Below are positions 1 to 10,058 of a DNA stretch of 35,345 bases, piece by piece; position 1 is the first letter of the stretch, and each line of letters begins with the position of its first letter. The notes under the pieces were generated by a model, which saw only the letters and a program-made list of their open reading frames with translations, did not search any database and was not told the DNA's origin. This DNA is from Spirogloea muscicola (lineage: Eukaryota): NCBI GenBank assembly GCA_009602725.1, contig WELB01000022.1:1028848-1064192 (forward strand). The letters run 5' to 3'. The position numbers and the translations under genes are program-made.

Positions 1-85
1 CACCACGCGGCTCTCCACACAGTTCTGGAACCTAGATCATACGAGCTAGCAAGAGTCTCATAGATTTCTCACAACACTCCCACTC
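1..85 (-). mobile_element. Probable polypurine tract plus start of a copia-type LTR running off the left edge
   Basis: The minus strand reads GAGTGGGAG-TGTTGTGAGAAATC, the same PPT/TGTTG layout as the copia junction at 18670-18682. Confidence 0.35.
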
Positions 86-1669
86 TAGCAAGTATGATCC
101 TAACAAGACAACAAGCCAAACTATGCTCAATAATTGGACTTCCTGCTGCTTGCTCAATAATTGGACTTCTTGATAGACAACATGCACCCCCCACGCTGAC
201 CTATAAATGACTTGGTCTTGTGCAGTTGTACAAGCGCATCAAAGTAACTTCGGGCTGCATTCACAACGTCACACAAATTGCATGCTCTTGACACCACAAT
301 CTTTTGATGTCATTGGTTATGAATGCCTTCCAAACCGTGCCCATGAATTTGACTACTTTACAAGGGGTACGCAGTGACCAATGGCCGTAGAAAGGCAAGC
401 GGGGGAGGGCGAGCAAGGCTTCTACTTTTCTGAGAGCCAGAAGTGTGCCAGTTGCTGCCGGAGGCACAGCTACGGCGTGACGTGTCCAGCTATCTCCACC
501 TGTCACATCGGTGAGGAAGGCAGATATTGGCAACTTGAGTGGTGACCTCAATGCCTGGCTAGTAGAGGATGGTGTGGCTTGCTCGGTGCGTCAAAGCCTC
601 CGCATCTTGAGTGGGAATTGTAGCCACCTGGTTCGTGGAGGAACCTGCCAGTGGCAAGATCCAGTAAGCAGTCATCCACTCCAAGGATTCATGGAGCCTG
701 TGATTTCTGTACGCGCTTATTGACTAGTATGCTTGAAGTGGTGTCATTGACTCGACACATCAATGAATGTGCACAACAATGCGCTGCTTGACGTTGAAGG
801 CTGTCTTTGCTCCCGTCTTGACAATTGATCTGTCTTTGCTCCCGTCAATCTTGTCTTCATTTGGCGCTTGTTTGTCAAGGAGATGCTCTGTGTACAACAG
901 CTATTTGCTGTGCTGCTGTTGAGCACCGGCTGCCCAGGATTCACTTGTCTCGTGAGACTTGGGCCCTGGTTCTATGATATCCAACTCAAGCTGGCCTAAC
1001 TGTGGCTTTGTGACCCTGGAGATCGTGGAATCAGTTGTGAGATCGGCGTCGTGTGATGCCTCGGCATGGGTGGTCCCCGCTTCGATGATGACCTCGCTGT
1101 ACCTAGTGTTGGCGGCTGATTTTCTCTCACCCTGGTCTGTGCTGGTGCGCAATCCAACCTGGTCTGTGCTGTGCACAATCCAGATACTGATTTGGTGTTT
1201 GACACTGTAGCGTGATCAGGAAGGTGCTGTCCGCCAACATCATTGACCTAGAGGCCTGGAGTCAGTAGCAAATTGTTTTGACTTCCACTTTAAGGTCTCG
1301 GGCTCTTGCAGCTGCTAATGGTGTCATCACAACTACGGCCTGTCTCAGCAAGCCCACGGCTTGGTGAGACAGGGTTGGCCAGACATTGTCAATGCCACCT
1401 ATGGCAGTAATTGCCTTGTCATTCCATCGCCTGTATTTCCCTTGTGGTGCTAACATGTCAAGCCATGTATATCGCTTGTGGATTACATAGCATGAATCTT
1501 TGTCTCCTGCCCGAGTGGCCTGCATTATAGGCCACCTTATTGGGTGGTGAAGGGTGAGTCATCACCCAAGCTGAGTCCTAAGCATTTTTTGCAGTCGGAG
1601 CTGGAAGGCTGCTGGCACTGGATGTGCCTGCAGCTGACTAGTGCATTATAGTGTAATCTGGGGAGTGAT

Positions 1670-2560
1670 CGTCTCCGTATTTGATTCTCAGTGCGATTGT
1701 TTTGAAAGCATGTTTGCATGTTGAGCCGGAAGGCTGTGTTTGATGAAGTCTATTTACAGGCAACCGGTTTGGGCTGTGCAACTGACTGTGACGATGAGAA
1801 TGTAAAGTCACTCTGACTCTATAAGGAGTGTGGTAGTCTCACCTGGTGCGGCTTTCGGCGACTATTCAAAGGAGATTATGGTTGCATACTCCATGCTTGT
1901 TCCGGACGGGTAACCTCATCACCAATGTGGCTCACTGAAGCCCCGACGCTCTGCCGCCGTACTGTCCCATGTATCGCCTGAGTAATCTCGTGTGTAAAGA
2001 GATGCAATTCCATTGGGCGACTTGCTAAAGAAGGGCATGTTGAGCATCCTCAGTCGCCAAGATGGTGCACAAAAACTCGTCCTTGAGAAACAAGATGGTT
2101 TGTGTTTGGTTGTGCATCCAGTATCGAGCTTTAAACAAGCTCCTGTCAAATAGCTGGTGCCTATGCCCCTGTCAAATAGCTGGTGCCTATGCCTAACGTT
2201 GATGATCTGTGAGATTGTTTTGAGGGAGCCACTGTACGGAGCTCCTTCGGCTCGCAAAGTGATCATCACCACTTTTCTTATCTGCCTAAAGAGGTCCCCA
2301 GTTGGTGTTCATGGCTGGCACCTCCACTTCAACGTTTGCTCGATTTTGGATGGACCCCTGACACGTGGCAGACACTAATATAAGAAGTTTGGCTTTGTAT
2401 GACGTTGAGGTCTACCAAAGAGCACCGGTCCTCGCAAAGCACCCGAGATTCACATTAGCAAGTGCAAGAAGTTTTCATCACGTGCCGGTCACTTCTATGC
2501 CAAACGCGTCTCCAGAAGGATGCATCGTGCTTATTGCAAATTGTGAGCAAAGGCGGGCTC
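1670..2560 (+). pseudogene. Highly degenerate Ty3/gypsy pol (possible protease plus reverse transcriptase)
   Basis: Pieces across frameshifts and stops: DLLKKGM...EKQDG, CIQYRALNKL, PNVDDL*DCFEGATV..SDHH and LYDVEVY. These match the gypsy RT consensus ELLKKG..KKDG..CIDYRALNK..PRIDDLFDQL.GA..SGYHQ..YLDDILVY. VFDSQCDCF near 1677 resembles the protease DSG motif. A 26-bp tandem duplication lies at 2142-2193. Confidence 0.7.
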
Positions 2561-3104
2561 AGCGTCGATCTCCAGAAATATTAGACATGTCATGGTTGAC
2601 GGAAGGACTGGCTAGTTGCACGGACTGTGCTGCTATTATTCTCTGCAAGGGTCCAACCGTATGGCATGTCCTCTTACAACGCTCGTGAGGCTATTTTCTA
2701 GGGTGGACGTCAGATGGCACAGGACATTAGGGGAAAGAAGCACGGAATCTGGTTTTTCCACCTCATTTTGGCCTTGCCTTGAGACCGCGCGTCATGACAT
2801 ACATGCGATGCGTCTGTGATCAGCACTGTGCTACCAACTTGCAGGAAGGTCAATCAGTAGAATTCAAGTCTGCAGCTCAGTCTCAATAGCGAAGCTCAAC
2901 CACAGGAGGTGTAATTTTCGGCCCCTAACACGCAGGTAAGAGCGGAATGCGTCCTTCGTAAGTGGGTGCTTAGGGGAAGAAGGGACATCCAGCGGAATGT
3001 TTGCCCTGTGACGTCGCCGCTAGGCAGCGGCTCCGTCTCCTGGGCACTCGCCGCAGACTTTTAACAAGCGAAACGCTGCTACTAGTCTTCACAACGAGCC
3101 TGCA

Positions 3105-3312
3105 ACGACGGAGTGCCTCTTTCCCTGCAGCGAGCTACTCAGACCTGATATTGCTCACTCGTGGGTACTGAGCTTCCCTCTGCATCGTTTCTGTGTTCTG
3201 CAGTGTTTTGTAGTGTAGTCCTTTTTCCGGCTCCTTTCTTTGGCTTTGGACATTGTCCATTCTTTTTTGGGCTGGCTTTGCCAGCCCCTCTTCTCTATGG
3301 GCGCGCACTTCT
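3105..3312 (+). mobile_element. RLE (CRE-like) non-LTR retrotransposon 3' fragment, family A
   Basis: Encodes ...ASFPAASYSDLILLTRGY* (stop 3169-3171), then a T-rich 3' UTR with hairpin GGGCTGGC-TTT-GCCAGCCC (3269-3287). Homologous copies lie at 14037, 24583, 26674 and 28520. Confidence 0.8.
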
Positions 3313-3378
3313 CGCAACGAGCCCCACAGGAGCAGTCTGCTCCTCTGTGCCACTCTCCCTCCACTGTGCACCTCCAAC

Positions 3379-3650
3379 TTTGGGTCTTGTGTCCTGCTAC
3401 CGCATGCGTTTGTCTATGTCGCTACAGCGTTCCCAAGCGCTTGCTTTGCATCGCCGCGCTGGTCGCGCCCTTGCAGCAGCCTCTGGCTTGCGCAGCGGGG
3501 TTGCTCTTCCTCCCCTCAGCTCATCTGACTTCCTACTGCTGACACGGGGTTACTAAGAGCGCCCTGGCTGCCTAGCCTGTGGCTCCGTCATGAACACCTG
3601 TATCATCTGGCTGGCTTTCACAGCCGCTCTTCTGACATCAGCAGCCGCTC
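3379..3650 (+). mobile_element. RLE non-LTR retrotransposon 3' fragment, family B
   Basis: Encodes GLVSCYRMRLSMSLQRSQALALHRRAGRALAAASG...LLTRGY*. Nearly identical to 7950-8220 (-) and 30793-31066 (+). Confidence 0.85.
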
Positions 3651-4109
3651 TTCTACTGTGCATGGGGTCACCCCAAGGCCCGCACATTGGACCGAGCCTG
3701 ACCCACGGGCTGTCTCGACAGGCGCCATGCCGTCGAGCATGGCCGAGGCCAAAGATGCCGCTGAGAATAACCAGGCCGAGCATGCTGCCAAGGGCGTCCA
3801 AGCCCGAGCGTGCCGCCGAGCATGTCCGAGGCCGAGCATGCTGGGAGCAAGCGAGGCCACCCGGTCCAACTTGGCCGGAACAGATCGAATGAGAACAGCA
3901 CTACTGCCAGGGCGGCATGAACCGCCCGAGACGAGACTAACGGCCATATCAGCAGGGTAGATTTTTACGATTTGTCGACACTGATTTGAACGCCATAGGC
4001 TTTAGCAGCCATTTCTGGCGCTCACAACGCGTGGGTAATTACATCGGAGCAAGAGCTCCTCTCTTGTGCAAGCCCTCCATGTATGACGACTATATTTCGA
4101 GGAACGTTT

Positions 4110-4720
4110 TTTTATTTGTGAAACAAACGAAGGCCAAAATGGCCAAGTACAAAAGAAGGCAAGCTCTTTCAATGACGTATATTACCCAATGCAGACTGAC
4201 ACGCTCAGTAATCACGCGTCAATACATAAAGGTCGATAATCGATGCCTAAATACCATCTGGCAGATTCTAAGCCCTTCTGCCACCAGCTAGAGCTTGCCC
4301 AGCTTTCTGGTGCAAAGCATGAGCCTGAGCACGTTGTAGACAGGCTGACACTCGTCGTCGCAAGAACGACAGATATGCAGCTGGCAGACCCATCTCAGCC
4401 GGAAGTACATCTACACGACGCGCATAACCTACATTGGCAATATTCTAGAATGTGGAAACGTGTACCGAAATAATAAAAGTCATCAACTGCAGCTGGCAGG
4501 AGCTGATCGCATTTGGGGTAATCGAAGTAATGCTGCAGCTTTTTGTGTTTCGCACTTCCCACTGCGTGGTCAGTGATGTGCGTCGATACTGGACCTCTAT
4601 AAGCCTCCGTGACAACATCAACCAAGGCCCATGGTTTCCCACCAGGTTGCACGCCCACAATGTCAAGGGTGCGGCGATGACGACGTCCCTGGGCATCCGT
4701 GGTGATAGGCTACCAAGAAG
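4110..4720 (-). mobile_element. RLE non-LTR retrotransposon 3' fragment, family C (degenerate)
   Basis: Encodes DIVGVQPGGKPWALVDVV...KKLQHYFDYP..DQLLPAAVD, an RLE D..D..K-type region. Its 3' UTR (TACTTGGCCATTTTGGCCTTCGTTTGTTTCA) is shared with 14770, 27372 and 28930. Confidence 0.7.
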
Positions 4721-5364
4721 AGTTTACCAATCCAAATAGAAGCAGCGAGTCAAACAACATTCTTATTACGCCATCTACGAAAGTGAGTAATTTTGATGTT
4801 AAGAGAAGGTGTAAAAGCTTTCGAGCCAGGTCTACTAGGTCGAGGGTGGAATCTACTATTACGGACCGCTGTCCGACTCACCTATTTTCAAGCACAACAG
4901 GTCTTGAGCAGGCATCGTCATGCTGAGTGAGCTAATTGTGTGGCACAAAGTGAATAGGGAGTACCGCCTTGCAAGTAGCAAAACTGCGGATGTGGTGAAG
5001 CGCAACACTGTATCGGCTGCTTTGACGGCTGCAGTGCCAGCTGCCAGAAGTGGGCCGCGACCAGACTCGGAATCTGGGCAGTGACGTTCAGAGAGAGACG
5101 CAGCTCCGCTGCTGCCTTCTGCCGCAACACATCGCTTTAGCTCACTGCCGGCATTCACTGAAGCTTGACTGCGCGCCCTTGCAGAATATGTGCCCCATAT
5201 GCAGAGCCACCTCCTGCTAACGGTGCTTCAGGGCAAGACTACGGCTGTGCAGTTTGCGCTGGCGCTTTGAAGTATGGGAGAATTGCTGCTGTACCCCTCC
5301 TATGACCGGGCAAATACAGAACACCCTGACCCCTCGACTGCGCTTGCAGAAATAGAGACGAACT

Positions 5365-5552
5365 CTCCCAGCAGAAGTGACCCGTTGATGTAAAGTATCG
5401 CAGTCAGAGACCATTCTCTCGAGTGCACCAACTTTCCACCACAACTGTCCAAGGACACTGGTCCAGTATAGGGCGATGGCTGTGATTGGCCAGCTCGAGA
5501 GAAAAGTCTCTGACCGCGATACTTTACATCAACGGGTCACTTCTGCTGGGAG
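5365..5552. repeat. Inverted repeat with 59-bp arms (3 mismatches) and a 70-bp spacer
   Basis: 5365-5423 is the reverse complement of 5494-5552. Confidence 0.95.
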
Positions 5553-6499
5553 TATGCAAGCATATTGGCACCAGGCGAGCTATGTCCACAGCCTTGCCTA
5601 TACAGAGTGGTGGCTACACAAAAAAAATCAATTGGCTTCGGATGGATATGCTTGGCACTTTGTCAACCCCAGCCAGACTGACTTGCTCTACATAGTATGC
5701 TGGTAATGCATGCCATAAGTCTGCCGTAAATGCACCCATCTTCGTATGAATCTGCCTAGCACCGCTGCAGGTGGGGGGTGGGTACTGAAACCCAGAGCCG
5801 GTACTGGAACCCTTCTGGCTAATAGATGAGACCTGCTTTGTTTGATATTTGCCCAGCGACGGCAAACGGCTAATGCTGACCGACGTCATATAGATGTTGC
5901 TTTTGACGTAGGTCAAGAGCTGCTGGAAATCTTCCTGAACTATCCTCAATTACCTTGCGGGGCTGTGGGTGTTACCCAAGTGGGGTCGAACCTTTCCCCG
6001 TGGTACACCTTGTTGGCAAAGTGGCCTATGAGCTTGAAGCACAGGAACACTTGTCGACTTCGATATCTTCCGATGTGTCTCAGCTGCGGATCCTTGGTTC
6101 GCATTGCAGTCTTCAACCGCCCCCACTTCTACTCCTGATTGGAAATCGGCTTAGATTGAAGTTAGAATTGAGATATTATGACCCTACAGGCACGGAGTCA
6201 AGGACCAGTGCGCTCCTTTTAGGGCTTCGTCATAGGAGGTGTCAGGAGCAATATACCCTCCTACGCAGTGAGGCGCCAGCACTCTATGGGGCTGCTATGC
6301 TGAACTAAGCAACGATTACTGGAGGGGCAAGGTCCAGGGGTCCGAGGGTGGGGGAGGACCTCACCACCCTTCAGGATTCGGGTGCCCGTTTACTCCTTTC
6401 TGGGCTGGCCTCTCACAACCCTTGCCGCCCCGCCGGTCGTCACGTCCGGCAGCTGCCTCGGCGTCGTCAGGCAGCGGTGGGGCCGTCGGCCGCAAGTCC

Positions 6500-7843
6500 T
6501 CAGTGACCTCCGGGGCGGGAAGGGCCGTCGGGCGGCTGCCAAAGCAGCGGCGCGCCGGCAGGCCGGGGGCTGTCGCAGACCTCGCAGGCGGCCAGGAAAG
6601 GCGAGTTGGGAAACGTGCAGGCCGCGCACGTCCAGACGTAGTCGCCGCCGCCGCCGCCGCCGCAATCGGGTGCCTCGTCGTCCAAGTCTTGCCCTCCCAA
6701 GCCATATCTATTTTCCTCATGACCTTCCAGGGAGAGATCTTGCAAAAGCGGGCAACAGATGATGATGGTACCCAACACATCTGCCTCCTCTTGGGATCTA
6801 AGAAATACCAGAAACAAAGATACTACCTCCAGGTGCGCCAGACCAGGCAGCTGTTCGACTCGTTGCGCAAAGTGCTTGACCCAGAATTGGTCACTGGCCA
6901 GCTTGGTGAGGAAGGGGCGCTCTGCCAACATTCTCAGCGGCCAATCTGTGGACAGCCCTGAGCAACTGCTCAACTGTACACTCTGAAGCTGGCGGTAATT
7001 GGCTGCAGTCTGACAGACCCCAGAGGCCGTGATGGTGCTGAGGTTTGCGAGCTCGAGAACCCGAAGCTGCTGTGAGTTTTCCGCCACATGTCGCAAGCCC
7101 TCATCTGATATTGAGGTTTCACGTTTGTATCCACCATATCATCCACATGCGAGAGCTTCAGACACGTCAATTGGCGGCAGAGTGACGTGTGATACGCACG
7201 TCCTCGTCCGGCAGCACGTCATGTTGCATTGTCAGGAGGCCGAAGGTCAGGGCACTGCTGTCAACATCCGGCAATGCCCTTCTGCAGCACTGATTGCAGC
7301 TCCTGCCTATTCACATTCTATGCTTGCAATGCGCATGCGCATGGAATTAGAGCCGCGCAGTCAGGAGAGCGGCGGAGAGGGTTGGCGCTGTCGCTCACCT
7401 CGCACCTGCGGGCAGTACATGGCCAGGCTCTCTAGTGCCGTGAGCCGAGCAAGGCTGCGGACGGCCGCGAATTCGAAGCTCTGCAGGGTCAGCCGCCGGA
7501 GGCGCGGCGTGTGCTCAAGGGCAGCAAGGCCTGCCGCGCCTTGGCTTGATTCCTTGGACAGAATCATGTGCAGGTCGGTGAGGCCCGGGAAGGCCGCCAG
7601 GAAGCCCGGGTCCTCGCCGGGCGGGCGGCGGGCGAGGCCGAGGCGCTNCGCCAGGCTGCGGCGGGGTCCGCACACGACGGCGCGCCAGCGGCGGCAGACG
7701 GCGGAGAGGTCGCGCCAGGCCGGCGCCTCGGCGAAGCAGGCCACGCCGCCAGAGGCGGGGCGGCCGATCGTCGCCCGCCGCATCACGCGCTCCAGCAGCT
7801 CGTCCGGCAGGAGCTCGATTGCTTCCCTCGCTGCGGCGGACAT
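6500..7843 (-). pseudogene. F-box/LRR-repeat protein with a C-terminal RanBP2/NZF zinc finger; frameshifted as assembled
   Basis: ATG at 7843; F-box LPDELLERV...LSAVCRRWRAV; GT donor near 7398 or 7405. FBXL-type LRRs follow (DEGLRHVAENSQQLRVLEL, LQSVQLSSCSGL, CPLLQDLSL), then WTCAACTFPNSPFLAACEVC. Several indels and a stop lie at about 7100-7300, and there is an N at 7648. Confidence 0.75.
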
Positions 7844-7949
7844 TGCGGCGGCGGCGGCCGCGGCGGCGGAGGGGAGGTGCAGCTCGAGACTTCTTGGCAA
7901 GGAAGGAAGTGTCTATCCTCTGATGGGAGGGCCTGAGTGGCCAAAGGAA

Positions 7950-8411
7950 GCGGCTGCTGACATTAAAAGAGCGGCTGTGAAAGCCAGCCAGATGCATACA
8001 GGTGTTCATGACGGAGCCACAGGCTAGACAGCCAGGGCGCTCTTAGTAACCCCGTGTCAGCAGTAGGAAGTCAGATGAGCTGAGGGGAGGAAGAGCAACC
8101 CCGCTGCGCAAGCCAGAGGCTGCTGCAAGGGCACGACCAACGCGGCGATGCAAAGCAAGCGCTTGGGAACGCTGTAGCGACATAGACAAACGCATACGGT
8201 AGCAGGACACAAGACCCAAAGGCACCGAGCCACCGGGAAGGGCTGCACCCTGTTCGCGGCGCCGCTGGTCAGCTTGAGATGCCAGCAGCGAAAGTAACGA
8301 GGACCACCGACCCCCGTAACACCCATGGATGTCCATGGCCAGGGGGTAAAAGGTATCACCCGCCGGGTGGTCCTTGTACTTGTGCAACTTCTTCTGTTCG
8401 GCCACCTTCAC
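7950..8411 (-). mobile_element. RLE non-LTR retrotransposon 3' fragment, family B (open frame)
   Basis: ORF 8043-8411 reads KKLHKYKDHPAGDTFYPLAMDIHGCYG...RLSMSLQRSQA...LLTRGY*, matching the K..KY..F.P.....G...RLS..LQR..A C-terminus of CRE-clade RLE elements. Confidence 0.85.
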
Positions 8412-8459
8412 GGCATAGCCGGTCCCAGAAGGGAAGGCGCGGAGGGCCAGACCTCCGTC

Positions 8460-8648
8460 CCCGGAAGGAAACGAGCTCGTTCCGCTGGCCGTTGATGTGC
8501 ACGGGGCTTTTGGGTCTCAGTGGCTACACCTACTGGCCCGGCTTGCGCGACGCGCTGTGTCCCGCAGGCGGGGCGAGCAGGCCGACTTCGACGCCGCTGG
8601 CTCGCTAGCGCAGGTGTCTCGCATGCGCCTGTCCACATCCCTCCGGCA
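8460..8648 (+). mobile_element. RLE non-LTR retrotransposon internal fragment, family F
   Basis: Encodes NELVPLAVDVHGAFGSQWLHLLARLARRAVSRRRGEQADFDAAGSLAQVSRMRLS; homologous to 25800-25965. Confidence 0.75.
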
Positions 8649-8679
8649 GATGGGACCCTGCCCTTCCAGACCTCCCTCT

Positions 8680-9800
8680 CTGACGTTCGCAGGGACCTCC
8701 TCCGCTCCTTCCCACCACTCGCGGAAGATCAGGTCGAACTCGTAGCGTGGGCGCGATGCTCTGACACGAAGGCTCAAGCTCGTCATTCACGCGCAACCAA
8801 TGAGCAAGCCATGAGCCACCTCAAAGCTCTGCTCAAGAAAATGGCCGTGGGCTCTCTCGTCTACACACAATAAGCTCTCCGGGGGCGTCAGAGTGGCTTG
8901 ACGCTTTGTCGATCTACGAGTCCCTTCGGCTGTCCGACGACCTCTTCCGGACGGCCGTCCCCCACCATCTCGGCCTCCCGCACTGTGTTTGGCTGTCCTT
9001 CGACACTGTGAAAATGCCATAATTCGAAGGACGAATCACGTTGGCAGCCCACATGCTTCGATGTGTTGACGGGGATGAACATAATGCCTCCCACGATCCT
9101 CTTAGAGACGCTAAGTATGGCTTTGTGCGCGAAGCAGGTTACCATGCGGCCATAGAGGTGCCGGGCATCATGCCGGTACTCCAAGCGCGGCAGACCTTAC
9201 ATCAGGCCTCTGGATGTGGTTGCTATTCTTTGGAGCGGTGGGCCTTGTCTCTCCCTCGATGTCGTTCTTCTCGTCGCATTCCAACCAGGGGCACCCACGC
9301 CGACTGTGCCAAGCTGGGCGACACATCGTGCGTAGAGGAAGAAGGAGATACATTATAAGGACCACCCCCCGGGGCGACCACTTCTTCCCATGCGCCACGG
9401 ACATGTACGGCGGCTACGAAACGAAGTGGTGTTCCCTCTTCCATCGCCTGGCACAACACGTCGATGCCCGCCGACGTAGTCGGGCGGGTAGCTTAGGGCA
9501 TTCTAGCGTCCCGCAAGCCATCGTTGCTTGCTACAAAGTATATTGTGCGGCTATCATTGAGTCTACAGGGCTCCCAGCCACTCGCGATACACCAGCGTGC
9601 TGGGCGTGATTAGGCCAGGCTGATGGCTTCCGTCGTGGTGGTCTCGCTACTCAGCTCAGCTTGTCAATTATGTATGTGCTCACTCGAGGACACTGGTGTC
9701 CCCATCAGCCAGCTCATTGCACCATTACCAGGACTTTTGTAAGGCTCGAATTGGCCTCCCTTCATCTTCATGCGCACCTGGCGCCTTCTCTCCAGCGGTC
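8680..9800 (+). mobile_element. 5'-truncated RLE non-LTR retrotransposon, family D (degenerate)
   Basis: Pieces in order: PGASEWLDALSIYESLRLSDDLFRTAV..LGLP; HMLRC..HDPLRDA (zinc-knuckle region); DHFFPCATDMYGG; RLSLSLQ; VLTRGH. The 3' part is repeated at 26175-26360. Confidence 0.8.
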
Positions 9801-10058
9801 CATTGCCAACGCCTTGCAACTACGTGCTGGCCGTTGTCATGCCACACCGTGTCGATTGCTAGGTGACGTCGTTACGGCAGATTTGTGTAGAGTGCAGGTG
9901 ACACGTCAGATTCCACGTGGCCAGCGACGCGAAATATTGTGAAGAAAATTAGAAAATAGATTATCCCATGGTTTGACATTAGGAACATGTACACGTAGTT
10001 ACATTAGAAACGAAGTGAAAACATGACTGGAGCTTGTGATGGATGCTTTCCAATTACA

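Noticed and set aside
3269..3287. Hairpin beside T-runs resembling a rho-independent terminator
   Set aside because: It is part of a retrotransposon 3' UTR in eukaryotic DNA, and the T-run precedes the stem.
3720..3850. Degenerate GCCGAGCATG repeats (a similar-style array lies at 24449-24495)
   Set aside because: They are short and degenerate, with no boundaries or TSD that would support an element call.
5950..6140. Minus-strand FLCFKLIGHFANKV resembling a gag zinc knuckle
   Set aside because: Two of the four ligands are missing and there is no supporting context.
6645..7860. About 17-bp inverted match GCCGCCGCCGCCGCAAT at both ends of the F-box/LRR segment (possible TIR)
   Set aside because: It is mostly low-complexity GCC repeat and no TSD was found.
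7029..8027. 332-aa plus-strand ORF
   Set aside because: It is the antisense shadow of the GC-rich F-box exon and has no recognisable domain.
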